Below the pieces are notes generated by a model, which saw only the letters and a list, made by a program, of their open reading frames with translations, ran no database searches and had not been told where the DNA came from. A stretch of 62,541 nt of DNA, filler included, from Vannella sp. (taxonomy: Eukaryota), in assembly GCA_023345925.1 (NCBI GenBank). It is 7 parts of 7 records of this genome, joined end to end, with 100 filler letters (N's around TTAATTAATTAA, not from the genome) between each part and the next. Parts side by side here need not be neighbours in the genome. Positions count along the whole stretch, not along the records: positions 12,881 to 25,675 come from JAJQQN010000156.1; positions 25,776 to 37,532 come from JAJQQN010000615.1; 5 more parts are not named here. One strand, given 5' to 3'. The stretch's first letter is position 1. Each line of letters starts with the position of its first letter. Shown one piece after another: positions 22,027 to 34,018 of the stretch. Position numbers and translations under genes: made by a program.

Positions 22027-25001
22027 TCATGAAGGTAGTGCCAGCCTCTGCAAGAGCTGCTCTATCTCATGGAGCAGAAGATCGCGAGACTGGCCAGTAC
22101 CGCATCGGCCGAACTCTTTCTGCATGAGACTGAGGCGTTGGATGAGAACAGCCTGCTGTTCTTCGTATCCTTCATCCTCCATTTGATCGGGATCGAAGAC
22201 GGCTGCCTCACGGAGAGAATGGACAGAGGACAAGAGAAAGTTATTCAAACTGGGACTGGATGCGAACTCTCCGAGCCAGTGACAGCCCAGAAGGAAGTAC
22301 TCGCTGAGAAGGTAGCATCTACAAGTCTTTTCTAAGTCCGTAGATGCGGCTACATGCTCTTGTAGGAAGGTTAAAACTTGCTCTAACAGTGAAACTCGGA
22401 AAGGATTCCCGAATCCGTCTTTTTCGAACGCTTCTGGATCCTGGAAGAGTCTTCGTAGTAGTGCCGATGTAGTAGAACTAATCTTGATGATTCTAGAAGG
22501 TGTCAGAAGGTGCTGTGAAGGCTACTTCCCACATACCTTTCCATTGGGACTGACTTCGGGTCCATTCCGGGAGTCAAAGAGACTCTCAAAGTCACTGTGA
22601 ACCGAAGGATATCAGAGAGAAAGAGGCGAAGTATCCTTTGGGTTTCAGAGTCAGTTGAAAGAGGGAACACTCTCATAAATGAGGGGAGAAGAACCTCAAA
22701 AGGTGCTTCAAAGATCACTTGGTCGAAGCCTGTTTCATAGAATAGGCCCATCATTTGCTTACCTTGAATGTAGCAGCTATCAGATAACCGAGACATCCAA
22801 CACAGTTCTGTACAGAAAGGCTGGAAGATATCTTCTGTTATCCTTTTCTCCACCACCACTCGGGAGAGAAGCGGGGATAAACGAAAAGAACTCTCGAATC
22901 CTAATTGAGAGGCCAGTGGGTAGAGGAGTTGACGAGTGGCAAGAGAGTAATGAAGATAGAAGGATTGCAGTAATTGGACGAGCCTGTCGTTGGCACCATT
23001 GATGGAGGAGAGATCTCCAATCACTTGAAGGAAAGTTGTAGTAGTATGTCCAACATCCTCACGAGACGAGAGAAGATCTCTTTCATCATGTAAATGGGCC
23101 AAAACATGCAGAGCCATCGCCAAATGGGATGGGTCCTCCAACAGTATACTGGGAGACGCCAGCCGTAAAAGATGCGTTACCAAACGTAGTCTATTTCCCA
23201 GTGCCCTCTTATGTATGAAGGGAAGAACAGTATGACTGAGAAGGACATTCCCAAGAAGGAGGGCTGGCGTTTCCCCATTATTGTGGAGAAGATTCTGGAT
23301 GAAAACGGCAAAGTTATCATATTTTGAAGTGACTGGAGAGGCACAGAGCTTTTCAAAGTGAATGCGAACCCAGCGTTGGAGAAGAGATCTTTCCTCCGAC
23401 CCTTGCCTTAGTAAAGGTCTGGCAGTCCGGAGTACCTGAGCGACTAGATGAGAGTGTGGATATCCGTGTTCAATAGCCTCATCTAAAAGTCTGTCCAGAG
23501 TGGCCTCTGGTGAAGTGAGCCAAAGATTATCCAGATTCACCCGAAACTCATTTTCCATAAGACTGTCTTGAACAAGCCGGTTGCAGCACGCATTCAGCTT
23601 CGAATGAAAGTTTTCAGGCGTCTCAAATGGCCAATTCTTAAGGTCAAGACTTCCCAAAAGCTGTGCGAGCAAAAGGGAACGGTGATTGATTGATAACTTA
23701 GAGAAACTCTCTCTGAGTTGATCCTCGACAGCTTTAGAGAACTGTGCTTGTCCTAAGTGTTTCCATTTGCTTATGCTTTTGCAAAACAACAAGAAAGTGT
23801 CGCTGAATGAGGTCTGTGAGAGGACCAGTCGGAGTACTGAAAGAAAAGGTTCAATTGGGAAGTATTCTGGAGCATTTTCTTGACACAGGCACTCAGCGAC
23901 TCTGAAAGTCCATTCCTTTTCTAACACCAATTGACTCATCCATGTTAAGGCTTGGGTAGGGTGGCATGAAAGGGGGTCGAATGCAGTAAGAATGCATCGC
24001 TGTGATGAGAAAGAGCCACTTTCTGATACCACCACAGCAATTTGAAGATGTTTGATAGAATTTGGTAAGCTATTGAGTGTTACAGCTGCAACAGCATGTG
24101 CCAAGCAGGAAAAAGAAGGGAAAAGATGTTCTGGAATGGAAGATTCCACCATTTGTGCCCACACCTGCACAAGGTCTTGAGATAAATGACCTGTCGTTAG
24201 TTGACTTGTAATGTATGAGATGATAGGTTCAGAACTAAGGTGGATTCTGTCAAGAAGAAAGAGAGTCCACTTGGAAATATTCTGAATGTCTGGAGGTGAA
24301 TGAAGCATCTGTTGGCTCGTCAACTGCAAAATTAGCTTCCAAATCTTACAAATTGCTGGTGGACACCACCAAGAGATCTTCCAAGATGATAGGATCTCAA
24401 ATAGGACAAGAAGTGTTTCCTCCCCAAGTGATAAATCGGCTATTTGAAGGCAAACCCCTCGGAGATGAGTTGCAGAAGAAGTATTGGCCATATTTCTGAA
24501 GCTTTGCGGACTCAATTTTCCAGGACAAGACTTCAATATTGTCGTAAAACAGTACCAAAGATCCAACCCTTCCACAAGATCCCCGTATACCGACTCAGTG
24601 AGACGATGATCCAAATGCATCGATGTTTCAGGGAAACTCTTCCAATTCAGAGCCTTCGATTGCGTTGAACCTTCGGAGGGGAAGAAGGAATTCATCTCCA
24701 AAGGTAAACTATGCTCAAGGTCCTTCCAAAGGGCGCTCCCCCTTGCCAATTGCTGGTGAATAGCAAAGTCAACGATATCAGAAACAGTGAATTGGCCCCG
24801 TATCGCTGCAGAAGAGGGGCAGATCAACATTTGTCGATCGAGCTTCTTTACAGCGTCTTGCCTCACCTCCCGGAGCCGATCGACCCATGATTGCCGTTCA
24901 GAAGGCCATTGGAGCGTCGTAGCCACCCTCCACTGTAACTGAATGAGCCACTCCAGTCCCGCACTCAGTAAAAGCCGGCTGGTGGGCCACGGCTCCTCCA
25001 T
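22027..25001 (-). CDS. Gemin4-like helical protein (intron 22493-22536)
   Basis: Collinear segments recall human Gemin4 as remembered: EKEWTF~EKKWAF; ENFHSKLNACCNRLVQ~EGFQEDLNTTFNQLTQ; SPEATL...HLVAQVL~HPEVTV...KFLAQIL; HTVLPFI~EFVLPFL; RVFPLSTDSETQRI~QVMPWCSPQEWQRL. Confidence 0.6.
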
Positions 25002-25294
25002 CTGATGGTGCCCACTAAAAATGAGAAGCCAAATAACTTTAAAAATTGTCCTAAAAGCTGCTTGCAAGTGACATTCAATGCTTGGATTAGGTGTTTCCTA
25101 GAAGCAATCCCATAATCTGTTTTTTTGGTCCCCCAAAACCCTAAACTATGCTTACTATTGAATAGACTCAAGTCCTCGTTGCGTCAGTTGGCATTCTAAC
25201 TGGCTTTTCTGTCTATCAAAGGAAGAGCGCAGCAAGAAGCACTCTGAACAGAACCTCGGGAAATCGATCCAAGCTACGTCCACCTTCAACAAGA

Positions 25295-25675
25295 GTGAAC
25301 GAGGGAAGGGTTTGGAGGGCTAGGAAATTGAGAGCCCCAAAATTCTGGTTTCCAGGAACTCAGCAAAGTCTCGATGGCAAGTGTTTGGTGGCATTCATTT
25401 CTTGCTGCGAAATGGGCAACTACGCTCCATGGAGCGTCAATGTGATGGAGCTGATTGATGGCGATTCTGATGAGCTGCTGAGGAGCAAATTCGCGTTCAA
25501 GAATCCCGAACCTGAGGAGATTCATTATCATTCCTTTTGGATGAACGAGTTGGAGAAACGTCGGGGCGGCAGCATCATGTTCTACGCTCACCTGTATGAT
25601 CCTGAGAGAGAGTTTGTCGACGACTCGCGCCTCGCCGAGTGGATTCAGCTGCTCTATCGTGAGCAACAGCTCCCA
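25295..25675 (+). CDS. Hypothetical protein fragment running into the contig end
   Basis: Open frame with protein-like composition. Start uncertain; no recognisable domain. Confidence 0.35.
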
Positions 25676-25775
25676 NNNNNNNNNNNNNNNNNNNNNNNNN
25701 NNNNNNNNNNNNNNNNNNNTTAATTAATTAANNNNNNNNNNNNNNNNNNNNNNNNNNNNNNNNNNNNNNNNNNNN
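25676..25775. other. Artificial contig linker
   Basis: N-run / TTAATTAATTAA / N-run. Confidence 0.97.
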
Positions 25776-26309
25776 CACGGACCGCCTCAGGGGGAAGAGC
25801 ACACCTCTCTGACTCCCTTCTCGACCACCACCTGCTGTTGAAGATCGAGGAAGGCGGTAACTACAATATGGTCGAGAGTGGAAGAGCATCGTCGCTGTTT
25901 GCATCGCTAGAGGAGAGAAACTCAACATCTTCCGCCATTTGACTCCTTCTTGGTGTACAGCTATCCTATGGAACAACCAACGATCGAGGTAAGTTAGTTG
26001 TATTTATTGTTATTTTTTGGTGGAACCATGTTGAACGTGGTAATCGGCAGCACTTGCCCTGGTCGAGTAAGGGAAGAACGAAGGGACTAAGGTTGAAAGT
26101 CCACAACCATCTCAAGGTGGAGTTTGTCCGAGGACAAGCAGGCATGGCCCACAAAAAATAAATAAATTATCCTTCATGACTGTATCCTTGACAAAAGGAG
26201 GTCCCTAGAGTCTGGATACTATCTGTAACATGCCCTTCACTTGTTAAGCATCCCTGTTGTCCCCACCGGAGGCTCTGCTAGTCAAAGTACTCTATTCCAA
26301 TAGAATGAA

Positions 26310-27774
26310 TTAAGTGTTGGAGGCAATGAGAGCTCCCCGTGGAACGAGTTCTGAAGAGTAAAGAAGGTTAGATAGATATAAGTGACAAAAGGTTAAGTGA
26401 AGGACTACGAACCTGCGGCAGTCAGTGTGACAGTATCGAGAACCTCTCCCCGATACACTTTTCGAGGAGGAAAGGTTGTTGCAAACGAGAAGGTATTACT
26501 CAGACCGACATCACTCCCTAAGAGGAAGTTGTGGACTGTACGTAAAGTATCAGATGGGAGAAAGTCGTGCTTGACCGACGATCCCGAGGGAAGTCGGATG
26601 GACAAGGAGCAAGTGGTATACTCCTTTGGGGCTGATGACTGCAACTGGGACGGAGATGCCACTATAGCCGCTGTAGATGATGATTGTAAAGGAGCTGCTG
26701 CTCTTGATTGGCGCTCCTGCTTAGCGGCCTCGATCTTCGCCCGAATGTTGTTTCGGTCTTCTTTCTCCTGCTGCGCCTTTCGCTTCAGCAAAGCTGCTTC
26801 GTTCTTCGCCTTCTGCTCCTCCATCTCTCTCTTGGTTTGAGTGCCTGTTGTTATGTTCTTGATTCGAGCAAGCTCTCTCTCCCTTTCCTGCCGTTCTTCC
26901 CGCTTTTCCCTTTCCACCCTCGCCCTCTCCGCCTTCTGCTTCATCCTGGAGCTTTGATCAGCTCTATAAGAAGAGTAAAGGGGAATGTACTCACTGCTGT
27001 TGTCTCTCCTCCAAAGAAGCCTGGTGTGAGGGGGAAGAGGATGGATTCGCGTTGCCTCCCAATCGAATCGTGCCCTCTTCCTGGCCTGCATCATCCTCTG
27101 GATGGCTTTCTAGCCTTAACTGAGAGTGAGTATGCAAAGTGAGTGAAAGATTGTCCTCACCAACCAAGGGCCTGGTCCAACCCCGTGCAGTTGGTGCGCA
27201 AAAGTGCTTTTCGAGCCTTATCAATGTCAAAGCCCATCTCCAAGAGGTCTCCCAGCAGTGATTCAAGCAACTGATCATCAGCTACTTCAACACTTGGTTC
27301 TGATGGAGCAGGAGCAGGTGAAGGAGGAGTAGAGAGCGAGTAGCCCGTGCCTTTCATGACCTTCTCCCGATGAAGTTCAATCATCCTTTGCAGGCCCCCT
27401 TGGAAGTCCGCGCCCTTCATCTCATCTACGATGCTACCAGCCTTGATGAAGTGGAAGGTGGGAATGGAGGTCACTTTGTACTCTCCAGCGAGCTCTCGGT
27501 TGTTATCGATGTCCACCTTGAGGAAGCGCACTTCAGGGAACTCCTTGCTCAGTCGGATAACCTCGGGCGCAATCTGCTTGCATGGACCACACCTACAGCC
27601 TGTCAGTCACCATCGCCCCACCAAGAGAAGCCTGCCTCACCAAACCGCCGTCCAATTCACCAACACACACTTGTTCGTCTCCACCTCCTTCCGGAACTGC
27701 GCGGTGGATGCAATGGTCACCACACCTGATCCGCTTGAAGTAGTATCCGGTGCTTGAGGAGCAAAGTTGAACAT
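26310..27774 (-). CDS. Thioredoxin-UBA-coiled coil-UBX protein (UBXN1-like with an N-terminal Trx)
   Basis: WCGPC split across an intron; FLKVDID...SIPTFHF; UBA LLEMGFDIDKARKAL; UBX SIRLPSG...FATTFPPRKVY...LVPRGAL. Confidence 0.85.
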
Positions 27775-28498
27775 CTGCAAGGGAAGGCCAAAAAGAAATA
27801 ACGCGACCAACAGACTGTCACTCTCTCCGCGGACTTTCCTTGACCCCATTCCACTTCCCCTCTCGACTGAACAAACCTTCGGTCCCCCAAAAGGATCATG
27901 CCAAGTGTGCTGACGAGCGGCACTCTTCGGGCGGGAACTGCCGGGCACTTTTTGTGGGAAAGACATAATCGGATGAATTAATGTCACGCTGGAACTCGTG
28001 CTGTCTCATTTGGTTCTTTCGAAGACTGAAAAGGGCTCATGAGAGAGCGTTGGAGTGAAATCCCTCTCCGTAGACATCCAAATAGATCTCTCTGTTCAAG
28101 GAAAGGGACTTGGACTGGACTATACAGTCCTCCCTCTGTCATCGAACCCCTTTCCGTCGCCTGAACTCGCCATTCTCATCTCTTGCCATCACCCAACAGC
28201 CTCTCGCCACCGGAATCTGGAATCGGAGAAAGTCCAATAAACTGCTGAAAGCAGTTTCTCGATCACCAAGGCTCCTTTACCGGCTCCATTGCTATTTTCA
28301 GGTCCTGGTCATAACTATCAACAGAGGATCCACCGAGACACTCCGCCAAGATCCACAAGAGGCAAAGGAAGGGAGCTAGAGATGGAATGAGTTGATTGGA
28401 TCTCTCTCCTGGGCGCATTGGACTGCTATTGACTCATTTATTTACAAACGCCGTCCAGCATGAGGTCCTTTGTGCGCTTCAGGACATGGATTCGGCGG

Positions 28499-29776
28499 TC
28501 AGTCGTCCTGGAAGAGGCTCTCTAACCGCCCGAGATAGTGGTTGCTGCTGTTGCCAGGTTGGAAGTCCCGAGCTTGTGGGTAAGAGGGTAGTGGAGCTGG
28601 TGCCCAGGTATCTGACGAGAAGCCTCCACGAAACTCCCCAAAATGGCCAGAAAGCGGCCGCGGCTGATTGGAGGGATTCGGAGGGTATCCAGGCTCTGCA
28701 GGATGTGGTCGCCTTTCCATTTGATAGGATGGTTCAGCTGGGTACGATTGGTGTTGTGGGGGTGCGTTGGTGTGAAGAAACTGTCCCGGAAAGGATGAGC
28801 GGCGGCCGGCAGGGCTCGGAACTTCTTCATTCGCCACTCGCTGGAGGGACTGTGGAGGATAGCACATTTCTTCTCGTGCTCTTTCCCACTCTGACATGGC
28901 TGATGGGGGCCGTTCATGACGACTGGGAACATAATAAGCCCCCTCGTGTGAACCCGCATGTGTCTCCTCCCTGAATCCGTATTGGCTTCTTTGTGAGTCT
29001 CGAATTTGATAAGGATCCATTGCGTAAGAGAAGGACATGCGGCTCTGCTGCCTAGAAGGGTGCTCTTGCTCGTAAGAGAGGTTTGATCGATAGATTGGAG
29101 GTCCTCCACGCGGATAAGCGTCACGGGGGGTGTACCCAGGGTATCGCTGCTCTGTCATTATAAAGGGGTTATCACTGTAGCTTCTATGGAGGGTCGTTGG
29201 GCCCTCTCCTTGCGAGAGACGAGGGGCCAACATCCCAGTTCCTTCGTTTGGGCCTACGTCCTCAAAGAGGGACTCCAAAGCGGCTTCCTCTTGGTATGTT
29301 AAGGATTGGGACACTTCAATGGTGGGGTGGTGCGGGAGCCCAACGTGGATGCTGGTTCTTCGCGTGTAAGTTGGTTGCGTTTGGCGGCGGGAGCTCTCTC
29401 CCACTGTTCCTGTTGAAGAAGAGCGAACTGGATGATCGCGAGATTCCTCTTCTCGAACCAAAGAGTGAGGATGAGGGTGGGGATGGGGAAGGGAGGGTTC
29501 CAGCTGAAAGTCCCCCAACGCACTGTCCTGAGGCCTGAACTCTTCGCAGCCTCCTTTCCAGTTCCCCAGGTAAGAGGAATGCTTGTCGAAGTGAACGCCA
29601 ACCTTATGGGTCTTGGACTGAGTACCCATAAACTTCCACTTCGTCGGGGCCTTCTTGTGGATGGGAACCTCTAACACTCCCCCTCCCTTGGGAGATGAAC
29701 GACTCAACGAGCTTGGACTTGAGTTCACACGGGCGACTGGCTCTGGTTCTGTGACAAAGGTCCAACCATCAGCCAT
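28499..29776 (-). CDS. Low-complexity Pro/Ser/Arg/Tyr-rich hypothetical protein
   Basis: 425-aa ORF with an ATG start, divergent from DPH3. No domain recognised. Confidence 0.6.
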   Translation of the reverse strand: MADGWTFVTEPEPVARVNSSPSSLSRSSPKGGGVLEVPIHKKAPTKWKFMGTQSKTHKVGVHFDKHSSYLGNWKGGCEEFRPQDSALGDFQLEPSLPHPHPHPHSLVREEESRDHPVRSSSTGTVGESSRRQTQPTYTRRTSIHVGLPHHPTIEVSQSLTYQEEAALESLFEDVGPNEGTGMLAPRLSQGEGPTTLHRSYSDNPFIMTEQRYPGYTPRDAYPRGGPPIYRSNLSYEQEHPSRQQSRMSFSYAMDPYQIRDSQRSQYGFREETHAGSHEGAYYVPSRHERPPSAMSEWERAREEMCYPPQSLQRVANEEVPSPAGRRSSFPGQFLHTNAPPQHQSYPAEPSYQMERRPHPAEPGYPPNPSNQPRPLSGHFGEFRGGFSSDTWAPAPLPSYPQARDFQPGNSSNHYLGRLESLFQDD

Positions 29777-29930
29777 CGGATTGAACGGTTCTCAAAATGA
29801 CCTCGACGAGACCGCCAAGTTTGTTGTCCAATTATGGGACTGGGTGCTCTTTTTCGGGCACTTCTGGAGGAATTGTAATTGATTACCATTTAGTCTAATA
29901 TTCATTTCCTGGACTTTCCTTACTTCAGGG

Positions 29931-30236
29931 ATGGAGGAGGTCGCTGAAGGGTTCTACGACGAGGTGGAGATCGAGGACATGGAGTATGATGAAGAAAGGG
30001 AGACGTTTTTCTACCCATGCCCATGTGGAGATCGCTTTCAAATCACGTTGGAAGAGATCGAAGAGGGTGAGGAGATTGGGCGATGCCCCAGCTGTACGCT
30101 GATTATTCGGGTCATTTACGATGATGTAGGTACCCTGTGTCTACCATCACCCATCCTTACAGTTGCACTACAGAGCTTCTTCGCCAAAGAGGGTGACGAT
30201 GATGATGATGATGACGATGACGATGATGACGAGTAA
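29931..30236 (+). CDS. DPH3: Diphthamide biosynthesis protein 3 (Dph3/Kti11) with an acidic tail
   Basis: YDEVEIEDM...YPCPCGDRF...[13 protein letters not shown]; probable in-frame intron ~30126-30173. Confidence 0.95.
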   Translation: MEEVAEGFYDEVEIEDMEYDEERETFFYPCPCGDRFQITLEEIEEGEEIGRCPSCTLIIRVIYDDVGTLCLPSPILTVALQSFFAKEGDDDDDDDDDDDDE

Positions 30237-30306
30237 GAGAAGAGCTCAAGAGGGAGCAAGTGTACCTAGTAGATTATGTTATATAGGCCTTCATTGGATT
30301 TTGTTG

Positions 30307-31602
30307 TCAGCTCTTGCTGAGCTCAAGCAGGGGGTTGTTGGAAGAACAACTCGAAGAACTTTCTTGCTGACTTGATGTTGATGTTAATCGCAGAAGCCTC
30401 TGAACAGAAACCATGTCAATCACTTGGCCAAGAGAATGATCCATAACTTACGGATGGTTGGGTCGGACATGATCACCATCACATACGTGTTCGAGGTGAG
30501 AAGGTCGATGAAGGCAGTGAACTGAGAGTTGCGCACTTCCATACTTTGGAACTGAGAGAAGCCCTTCCTATCAACCCAATGTGAGCCCTCTGCGTCTCAC
30601 GAAGGAGGCAATCCTCACGTGCAAGAGAGCTTGAACTGCTTGATGATGTTGCTGATCTTCTCAAACCTATGAATGTCCTCGTGTTCTTTGGTACTGGCGT
30701 GAGAAATCACGAGGAAGGTCGCTCTTTCGAACAACACGACTTCGTCAGCTTCACAGACCTGGCAGAAGCGATCGAGCTGTTGCTCCAGCATGACAACATT
30801 CGGGATCAACGAGTAGACAATGGAAGACCACGCTAGGTAGAGGGTTTCATCCCAGATTGATGTCTTGAAGCAGGTCACCTTCATGGGAAGAGCAATGCGG
30901 CTAAGCTCCGCCTCTCTCGATTTGAAGAGCTGAAGGGGAGAATCAGAAGGAAGAAGTGAACTTCGATGGTCACTTACTCGCTCTCCTGAGTCTTCAGGGA
31001 CGAGATCCATCTTGTGGATGAGACAGAACACTCGAGCATCACTTGAGAACTGCTGCATGGCATTCATCGCCGCTGTGAAGTACTGGATATCTTTCTAATG
31101 GGTCAAGTTGAGTTACAACCTCCCAAAAGGTCGCTGGAAGTGCCCCACCTGCAGGTCCCGGCTCTCAACGTCGAAGACGAAGATGAGGACGCTCACGTTG
31201 CTGAAGATATGTTCCCGTTGGTTGTTGAGGTAGTTATCTACAAAGGCATCTTGTCTATTCTTTGGATGAGAGAGTGCCCGCCAGGAACGCCAGACACTCA
31301 CGCTCCACAGTCCCATAAGTTGAGGGTGAGGTTTCCCAGGAACCGCAGCTGAGAGGACTCCACATCAACTGAGAGGATGGTTGGAAGGTAAGTGGTGATC
31401 ATCAGAAGAGTATAAAGCTGCTACATACTCGTTGGACTCAACGAAGAGGTATCTCGGGCTGAAATCTCATGGTCAGCAGGGTGATCCCACTTCAACAGTA
31501 CCTACCAATGTAGTTGGCAAAGATAATGGATCGCATAGAAGTCTTCCCCGCCGCTCTACTCCCCATAAGAAGAACTTTCTTCTTGTTCTCCGCGGCCGAC
31601 AT
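30307..31602 (-). CDS. RRAGA: Rag GTPase RagA/B (Gtr1), multi-exon
   Basis: KKKVLLMG...[54 protein letters not shown]. Confidence 0.95.
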
Positions 31603-31761
31603 GTTGCCACTCCTCCTAACCCCAAAGGAAATGAGCACCGGGACACTCTCTCCATCTCTTTCCTTCAAGGGTTGAGTTGACACGGTAGGTCATGGTACTC
31701 CGCAGGGAGCGAGATTTATTACTGTGGCAGAGGACTACGCTGGGAGACGAAGATCAAGTTC

Positions 31762-32409
31762 TTAAGCCAAGTTCATGAACTTGCGCTTGTTGAAGCAAAT
31801 CCACCACTTGGAGGGAGTGGTGGCGTCGTTTGCGTAGACAAGTTCGACCAGGCGAACGCCGAGCTCCTGTCGCATCTGAGTGAAGTAAGCGCGGATGGTG
31901 TCAGCCTCCTGACGGCCCTTAGGGTTGTGGAAGAATCCACCGAAGACGAAGCCACTGTCTCCAGGAACCTGGAAGTTCTCGATGGCGAGTTGGTAGAGCG
32001 CCTTCTCAGCATCAGCCTTGTTGCACTTCTCAATCTTCTTCAAGGCAAGCTTGGTGTAGTAAGTCAGGTACAGGAGGACACGGTCAGCGGGGCCCTTGAC
32101 TTCATAGTTTCGGAAAAGGCAGTTCGCCTTGAAGAAACGGAGAGTCTCCTCAATGATGTCAGGTTGGTTGGCTGGACACTAATATTAGGCATTTTCCCTG
32201 TTTGGGCCCTCTTGGTCTATCAAGAAGACTCTCTCCGTACCTTCGCGCTGGGGAGGAGCTGGTCCCTTGAACTTGGTCTTCAAGGGCAGAATGCTCATGT
32301 TGCACATTTGCTGGCATTGGAGGTCGTTGAAACCTGAGTGGTAAACCTATTCGAATATGCGGGTGAGTGTCCTGCCACCATTGATCTCAGAGGAAGCAGC
32401 ACCGACCAT
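31762..32409 (-). CDS. ARPC3: Arp2/3 complex subunit p21-Arc
   Basis: M/VYHSGFN (ATG-only first exon), LPLKTKFKGPAP, RQELGVRL, PSKWWICFNKRKFM. Confidence 0.95.
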
Positions 32410-32529
32410 CGTCCCAGGTGGAGGTGGGAAAAATCTGGTTCAGCCAACCAATCAGGTCCTCTCAGAAGGGGAGACACGAGAATCATTATTTGGGATTGTA
32501 TTAATTGTAGCTTAAATACTTTGAGAGGA

Positions 32530-33938
32530 TTACTCAGACCAGTCATCGTCGGACCAGTCTTCGTCGTCGTCACCACCATCAGAAACAGCCATTCTGATGC
32601 CACTGAGGGCGCCTGCTAAGGTGGCTGCCAGAGAGGAGCTTTCGTCGACAGACATGCTCGCAATGTCAGGAGTAGCACGTTGGTTGGCATCAGCGAGAGA
32701 TGTCTTCTTCAACAAAAGGGCGTCTTTAAGGCTGTTTGCACCTCCGCCTCCAGGACCGGCTGCTGGTGGAGGAGGTCCTGGTGGAGGAGGACCCCCAAAA
32801 GCAGGTGCTGCTGGTGGAGGGGGGGCCATTGGTGGGGGAGGGGCCATTGGTGGTGGAGGAGCCATTGGTGGTGGAGGACCGGATGGAGCCATTGGTGGGG
32901 GAGCTCCAGGACCGAGGCCCGCTTGGTTCATTGTGCTGACGATCAATTTGCGTGTGTCTGCATTCTCGAGATCACTCTTCTTCACACCAGCAGCCTGGAA
33001 GAGCTTCTTCCACTCAGGTGGGATGTTGCGAATGTCAAATCCATTATCCAAGTCCCAACCGATGTGGCTCTCGTGTTTGAATCCTGTGGGACCACCAATA
33101 ACCATAGCGGTCTTGGCCTCCTTCTTCTTTCCGAATCCGAACAGTCCTCTCTTGGCCTTCTTCTTTTGAACCTCTTCGACTGGACGTTGAATGGGGGTTG
33201 TTCTCATTGGAGCATGAGTGACGGGTCCATCAGGCCGAGCAGCTGGGGTCGCCGGTGGTTGAGCAGGAATGGCAGGTTGAGCCGGAGTAGGTGGTTGGGA
33301 GGGTATGGGTGGCATTGCCGCTGCCTGACGTGGAGCTGGAGCAGCCTGAGGAGGGGGAGCATACGCTTGAGCAGGAGGAGCGTGTGCTTGGGGAGGTGGC
33401 GCATACGCTTGAGCAGGTGGTGCGTATGCTTGAGCAGGAGGTGCTTGAGAACCAGGAGTAAAACGCTCCACAGAACCTCCCATATCTTCAACACAAATAG
33501 CCAAGTTCTCGACAAACGTTTCCGCTTCGTCCACAGCGGCAAAGGAGAGGCCGTACACACAAGGAACACCTTCAAACTGCACGAAGAAAGGGAGAGCTTG
33601 CTTGAAGGAGAAGTTCAAGTACAACTCTTGCTCGAAATAGATTTGGCGATCCTGGAGAGGGTGAGCGCGTCATCACAAGCATTTAGGTTCCACTCACAGT
33701 GACGTTTGCGACACGAATGTAGTAAAGGTCCTTCTCAATCATGAGGGACACCGCGCCGCACACTCCAGAGTATTCCCATTGAGAGCCATTGCTCGAGTAG
33801 ACGCGAACGGCACCAGAGCAGTAGATCTGAAGCGCAACGTCAGTTTCAATCAAAAGTAGATGCGCTCCAACGCACCTCAGACGCATTAGGATAGACTCCA
33901 GGGAGGACACTCGTTTGGTTAGGGCTCAAAGCAGGCAT
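32530..33938 (-). CDS. WASP: WASP-family actin nucleation-promoting factor (WH1-CRIB-polyPro-WH2-CA)
   Basis: WH1 (YGLSFA), CRIB IGGPTGFKHESHIGWD, IPPEWKKLFQAAG, polyproline, acidic end DDDEDWSDDDWSE. Confidence 0.93.
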
Positions 33939-34018
33939 CCGACCACGCCCAGCACAGAATGAAAGCTTCCCAATATTTTGGGAGGGAGCCGCCAATCAGA
34001 AGCCTCCTGGCCACTTTA

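Noticed and set aside
27580..27650. Possible selenocysteine or truncated thioredoxin active site (ORF ends at WTAVW)
   Set aside because: The apparent stop lies in an intron; splicing gives a normal WCGPC.
28039..28390. Possible small plus-strand gene between the Trx-UBX gene and the low-complexity gene
   Set aside because: No consistent start, splice pattern or domain could be built.
30195..30233. (GAT/GAC)n microsatellite
   Set aside because: Simply encodes the poly-Asp tail of Dph3.
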